Positions 57,541 through 64,000 of a stretch of 64,000 bases of DNA are shown here, one piece after another. Location: the NCBI GenBank assembly GCA_012295275.1, contig CM022670.1, forward strand, positions 31,930,001 to 31,994,000, read 5' to 3'. Source of the DNA: Chrysomallon squamiferum (lineage: Eukaryota; Animalia; Mollusca). Below the pieces are notes generated by a model. It did not search any database and had not been told where the DNA came from. It worked only from the letters and a program-made list of their open reading frames with translations. The first letter of the stretch is position 1. Every line of letters starts with the position of its first letter. Made by a program: the position numbers and the translations under genes.

Positions 57541-60500
57541 GGTAAATCATGTTTACTGGCCTTATTTATACATTATAAAAAAAATAAAAATTAAAGAGAA
57601 TAACACCAACATTTCAAGGAAAGTACTGTAATTGCAAGAGAAAGGAATTTAAACACAGTTTTATAGCTCTCCTCTGTGCACCACATGTGCAAGATCACAT
57701 CATGTTAGATTATCTGAGACTGCTAGTAACTATCAGTGTTGAAAACATTCCCTTCATTCCCCTCTAAATTTGTTATGAGCAAGCTCAAAAGTCTCAGTGT
57801 TGAATCTATGGCTTCCCACATTGATGAAAAGCAGTTACTCATCGCTGTTAAGTGACATAATAAGCCTCTGTGTGAAGTGTGTCAAGCTCAGCTGTGACTT
57901 TTTCAAACAGTAATTAACTAGATATTTATTGTTTTCATAGGTCAAGACTTTTGTTTTTCACTAAGGTGAATATATATATATATATAATTATTTTCAGTTA
58001 AAATGTTGCTGGGTTGTTGTTTTGGGGTGTTTTTCTTTATAAAGCCTAATGCCAATAATCATTTCATTTATTATCTAATTATGTATTTACTAATCTATTC
58101 AGTTTTCAGCTGATCCTCTAGCTTGGTGGCCAGAATAAAGGTATCATGAATGATGGGTTACAGAATCAACCATCTTCGGTGCCATACAGATTATTATATG
58201 CCAGTAACAATCAGTGTCAGTCAGTGAGCAGATTGTCAATGATAGAACATTAAACAGTATGCTCTAATAATTAGCCTCTTCAGTCCTGAAGTCAAGAACA
58301 TACCATGTATCATAACCACTTCTTAACTTCTGGGGGCATTTTATAATCTTTAAGTCCAGTTAAGAAATATGACAAATAAAACCATAAGAATGCTAGAATT
58401 TCACTAAGCATTTTACTAAATGCTTGACAAATCTGCTGTATATTAAGACTTTTTATTGAAAATGCTGATTTAAATATGATTATGATGGATTCCAATTCTG
58501 GACCTTAAAATGCAATGGTTTGTTTATCAATATACTGGATGAATTAGTGTTTAATGTTACTTGATATAAACTTGCTAAATGTAAGACCTTATTTTTAACA
58601 ATTCAAAACTAGTTTTATATTACTGGTCAACTGGTTAGAAAGTTAATGCAATAAATGAAAAGGAATACAACAGTTTTCATTCTTACATCAAGTACAATGC
58701 TAAATATAAGATTTATTTATTAACACTTTTGTAAATACTCTTCATATATACAATTATACTGAAATTTAAAACTAGAAACCCACTGCAGGTCATTATTAAA
58801 CACCTCTCGAGACATACACAAAAACCATTAACAGTAGAATCATGCAGGAATGACAAACAACCTAGCAAAAAGCTACTTTTAAACCAACAACCTGGTGGTC
58901 AGTCCATGCCATGCTCAAGGCCAGTACAAAAAACTTGCAGAATTTATTACCCTAATCTGGCAATAAGCTATCTGATGTCTGATGATGTGGATGGATACTG
59001 GTAATCAAGTTCTTCAGAGTAAATGTAGCTGCTATCCATTACAGATATAAACAGAAACATCTATCTTTTGTAGATCTGGACAATTTGTTAAAACAGAAAT
59101 AAATCAACTCTGAAATATATAGACATATGCTACACAGACAGTTATACGAGTTGCTAAGATGTACCATCATGTTCAGGTGTATGAAAGGAAAAAACAAATG
59201 GTGTGAAAAGAAAAATGTCAAAATTTATTCACACAAGCATTATTTCTATTATTTATTAATTCACTGACAAGATGAAAGGAAAAAAAAAATGTTTTCTTTT
59301 CCTATTGCTTTTATTAAATAATGTATTTAAGCAGAAGCATCATTGTTTTAAATAAAAGAAACTGATCAGCAATATATACATACACACACATACACAAACA
59401 TATATTATATATTAGTTTTTGTCTTTATAAAGCCTAGATACCACAATAAAAATATACTGTTTCAACAAATAATTCCATGTTTTGAAATCAATCATATCTC
59501 AAAACTGGGGATAAAACTCTTTTGAAAAACAAAACAAAGCAACATTGTATAATTTCCCTTTCCCACCAATATCTGGAATTTATACACAAACTGCTTTCTG
59601 AATTTCTACACCACATAATCTAACTTTACCAGTTATTTTTAACAGTTGATTTCATTCTGTTATCTTTTTAGTTTTTTAACTGTTATTTTTATGGGAGTGT
59701 TTTTGTGACAGATCTTGTTTGATATCAGTTCAATCACATATTAATGGTGGATTCTAATTTGTGTAATTCATGTGATTTTTTTATTTGCATTTTCATTTGC
59801 TTTCCTTTATAGTGCAATAAAATAATAATAATAATGATGAAGATGATGAAGATAAAGATAATGATAGTGATAATAACATCTGATTCTAATCAGAATTTTA
59901 AAACTGTTGATGAAATCCTCAGTGTATGACAGCACCTTTATGTCCAGATAGTATCACCAGCTAGAAAACAAAGATCCCCTTATCTGTGTGAATAGTGGTT
60001 ATTTTTGTATTGATTTTCCAATCAATACTATTTGTGTACAACTCACAACACATATCCAACATGTGTGCATAGTGACTTCTTTCATTTTAACATTAGCACA
60101 ACAAATCTAATTCTCTTTTGTTAGTCTTTTTATTTATTTATGTAATTGTTACTTTCATTATAATTAAAATATGATTTATGTAATTATTATTATTTTTTAT
60201 TATTATTATTTCTTCAATGATCTTTCTTTTTCTTGCTATTATAATTTTATTTACATAATTTTTATTTTATTATATTATTTTTGTAATTATTATTATTATT
60301 GTTATTCACTTTCCAAATGATATTCCTGTCTAGCTGTAAAAAGAACAATAAATTCCATCTCTAATTTCTAGCTTATAAATATTAATGAACACAAATACAT
60401 TAAACCTTATCAAAATACCTGTTACTTCATTTTAAAAGTTTTGTGTATTAAATATGAAACAAAACTATCATTTATGAGAACCATGAAAAAATCTAAAAAA

Positions 60501-63500
60501 TAAAAACTATTTAAAAACATCCTTTTAATCAATTAAAAAGAAACAAACAAACAAACAAAAAAAAACAACAAAAAAGTCCATATATTTTTTTAAAATACAA
60601 TATTTATTATAATGCGAAAAATTCTTATTCAGGCATTTTTGTATTTGAAAATCAGCTGAAAATCAATTATTTATGGCATAACCATTCCATACAGTATATT
60701 ATGAAATATCAAACCATGCAAGCAGAGATCACCAACAAAAAAGTGGTGTGAAATGACCACTGTATCCAAAATGTCAGAAATTGGCAATAAAAAAACAGTG
60801 AACATATATTTCACTGGAATCCACAAATCCCTGTCCATGACTGCAAATAACATCACTGTGCTTTATTGTCTCAGTTTCAATATGTTGGAATTGCAGCATC
60901 CTCAGTGAAGCCTATTGTGTCAAATCTCATCAGATGAGACACCTATTGAAAAAATAAAACTGCAATATCATCAATGACAAATACATCAATTAATGATGTT
61001 AGTGAACTGAACACTTGACATTTGCACAACCATCATTACCCCCCCCCAATGTCAAGCATTTTGTAATCTTTGTGGACTTAAAACTCATTTTTCAAACTGC
61101 TGAAATGTTAATAAAACACACTCAGTTTTATTTCATCTTGTAAGTTTTCTCCAATCAGATAATAATGAACAATTCTGTTTTAGAATTTTAAATGTTATCA
61201 GATGGAATTATTTTATTATTAAATTATCTCATACAATTAGATGTGATGCAGAATTTACCAAATGTTTTCTCATCTGTTTCAAAATCAAGATTACCCTCTG
61301 TAACATGCTGTTTTATTTCCACAAACTGGATTAAAATAAAGGTCATACAATACTAATTAAAACATCATCTTTGAAAAACTGCATCTGTAAGTTATGTGTC
61401 CAAAAGATATAGAAACAAACTTTTAGAATAATAATAATAGTCAGGAAGATAATGGATGATGATGATTAATTCTAATGATGCTGATGAAGCAATAGTAAGC
61501 TGGATTTGTGAAATGATGTTTGATAATCAGTAATTCTGAATCTCAGAATAAATGTAAAAACTTGTGACATGTTGATGTAATTGCCCATGTTCTCCATTTC
61601 TCCAGGAATTGCTTCATTCCTGAATCCTTGAACATGCACTGATAAAAGACAGATTAAAAGTTTTGTGCATACCATACACAAACAGTTCCTGCTGAGTATC
61701 TAACCAGTGAGCAACTAACAATGTATGTGACAATCATTTCTGTGATTAAAAACATTTTCAACAGACCATCTTGTAACAGCTTGTGTATCAATACACATTA
61801 CTTAGATATGTGATTATTACAATATTTTATTTATACAAGGAAATATTCATATTGTCTATTTCATCCTGTTAAACATTTTCTTTTTTTTCAAAACATTTTC
61901 TAATGAAAAAATTGATATAATAGTGGTCATGAAACAATGGATGGAACAAAAAACAGCCTAGTATAAAAGAAGATTCATTTTTGCAAAATTTAGTATTACA
62001 TGAATTTTATATATTGTTTTTAAAAAAGTATTTTTTACTTTAGTTAAAAAATATCACTCTTTTTCTACAATAAAAGAAATGCCTGTGTACAAATTATTGG
62101 TATGCTTTTTGACACCTTCATAGAGTTAACTGGAGATTTTTAAGACCTTTACAAATATTTTGTCTAACTAATCTACAAACACAGCAGCCTAATGATAACA
62201 TGGACAGAGACCCCTGGACAACTGTGTAGATGAAACTTAAATAGATATAAAAAAAGAAGTAGTACTGAAAAGACTATAAATTTGGTGCCAGAAGAGATGA
62301 TTAAATCTGATACACCATTCTCAAGTTGTTAATAAAATACTGAAATGTACTCTGTATAACAACTTTATGACAACTTGTCATCTAATTTGCCAAACTAGAG
62401 AAGATAAGTGATAAGATGAATTTGGCTAGATTTTACTATATATTATAATTAGCAGCTTGTTCAGATGAAAACTAAAAGAAGTGGCTGAGAGATATGAAGA
62501 TGTGGGTTTAGGATTCCATTATTAACTAGTAACTGAAACACACATAGTAGGCAACCACACTTAAAACAGCCATTATTTCATGTAATTTTACACCTGCTTA
62601 ATATTCAGTATTAATTTACTACCTTCTCAGAAAGTTCGATTACAAGCCAAGAAACAGTATTAATTAGGAAGGAACCTTGCAATTTTACTACAAAATATTT
62701 CTTTACAACTAACACATTATCTCTTGTAGCAAATTGTTTCAATTTGAGATAATTAGCAGAAGGACATCTGTAAATTCAATTACCAATGAAGCTGTTAAAA
62801 CCTGCCTCTCCCTGGCATGTATTGTCAATCATTAGAAATACTGAATGTCTACTTATTTCCAAGACATGCACTTGTTTTGTATTCTAGGAAACATGTCTGT
62901 TTCACCCCATGATACATATCTTATCTAGAATACAACATTTTTTTTTTTCTTAAACATATAGGGACATACATACAAACTGCTGATGTCAGTGTAAACATGC
63001 AAAATAATTATACCATCAATATCCATTCCAGCTTCAGATTTTCAGTATAATCTGATCATTAAATGAAGATTCTAACACAGTCTCTAAAACATAACAACTT
63101 TGAAAAAGATGCCTGATTCTCAGGTTTATGAATTAAATCTACATTCCTGAATATGGTAATCTAGCCATGGTTGTTCAACCTGTAGTGTGAATTAATTCAC
63201 TGTGCCAGTTTCATTAAAACTGTTACATAAACATCACTCCTATATGGCAACAGGTGTATACCACCCCCACATGATCACTGAGAAATAAGTATGTTAATGG
63301 ATGGATTATATACTCAGTGTTAAATAAATTTCAAAAATGAACTTCATTACAACAATGAGATGATATCTTAATTACATACTGAATATGATTCTTATTATTG
63401 TTACTGCTTTAGATTTTTATTATGAATTCAAAAAGAATAGCTTAAAAAAACTTAAAAAATAGACACCAACTGTGAACCATTTCTGCTTCAAAAACAGAAT

Positions 63501-64000
63501 TTGTTGGGAAGAAAAAACGAAATGACTAATTCTTTTCAACAAGGGAAAATTACTAGTCTGTACATAATTTTATTTTTCAAGCACACCAAGCCCACACAAT
63601 GTTACAACATCGAACTCTTGGACAATTGTATATACTGGCAAATCAATAATCCTGTTTTGTGAGCATCTGCAAAACAATGGTAAAAATTGTCCAGTGCTTG
63701 AAAGAACTTTCTAGTTTCAACTTGTCTGTTTCTTGTCCCTGTGGCATCTTCATCACTGCCAATATGCCAAAATAATGATATTTACACTGGGAATAATCTG
63801 ACAGTGTTACAGTTATTGTAAGCACGTTGTTTACACCAACAACTGGGGTCTTCAGAGACTGGCTCCATCAGGTTGTGAAACATGACACAGAATTTCAAAT
63901 CCCAGATGACAAAATATCTACCTGAACACCAAATATTCATGAACCCATTCAACCTGTAGAGTTGTATGTGAATAACTAGGCCAATTCACTTTCATGGACA

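Overview
AT-rich, strongly CpG-depleted eukaryotic (animal) genomic DNA that is almost entirely non-coding. Repeat fragments resemble, from memory, gastropod/mollusc tRNA-derived SINEs, so the taxon is an inference. Only one protein-coding segment is well supported: a 167-nt internal exon on the minus strand (41776-41942) encoding subdomains IV-VIb of an AMPK-related/CAMK-group Ser/Thr kinase (HUNK/MARK-like). I could not find its neighbouring exons, so the window appears to be mostly two very large introns. The rest comprises two young ~1.2-kb minisatellites (29/30-bp and 42/43-bp units), several old degenerate tandem repeats, many microsatellites and short SINE remnants. The most unusual structures are a perfect 78-bp inverted repeat enclosing a 165-bp (GT)n loop, a perfect 52-bp palindrome 2 kb away, and a 42-bp minisatellite whose unit looks like the 5' half (A-box) of a tRNA/SINE head. 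Nearly all other ORFs in the track are low-complexity or chance ORFs. I see no convincing evidence of a new multi-gene system.
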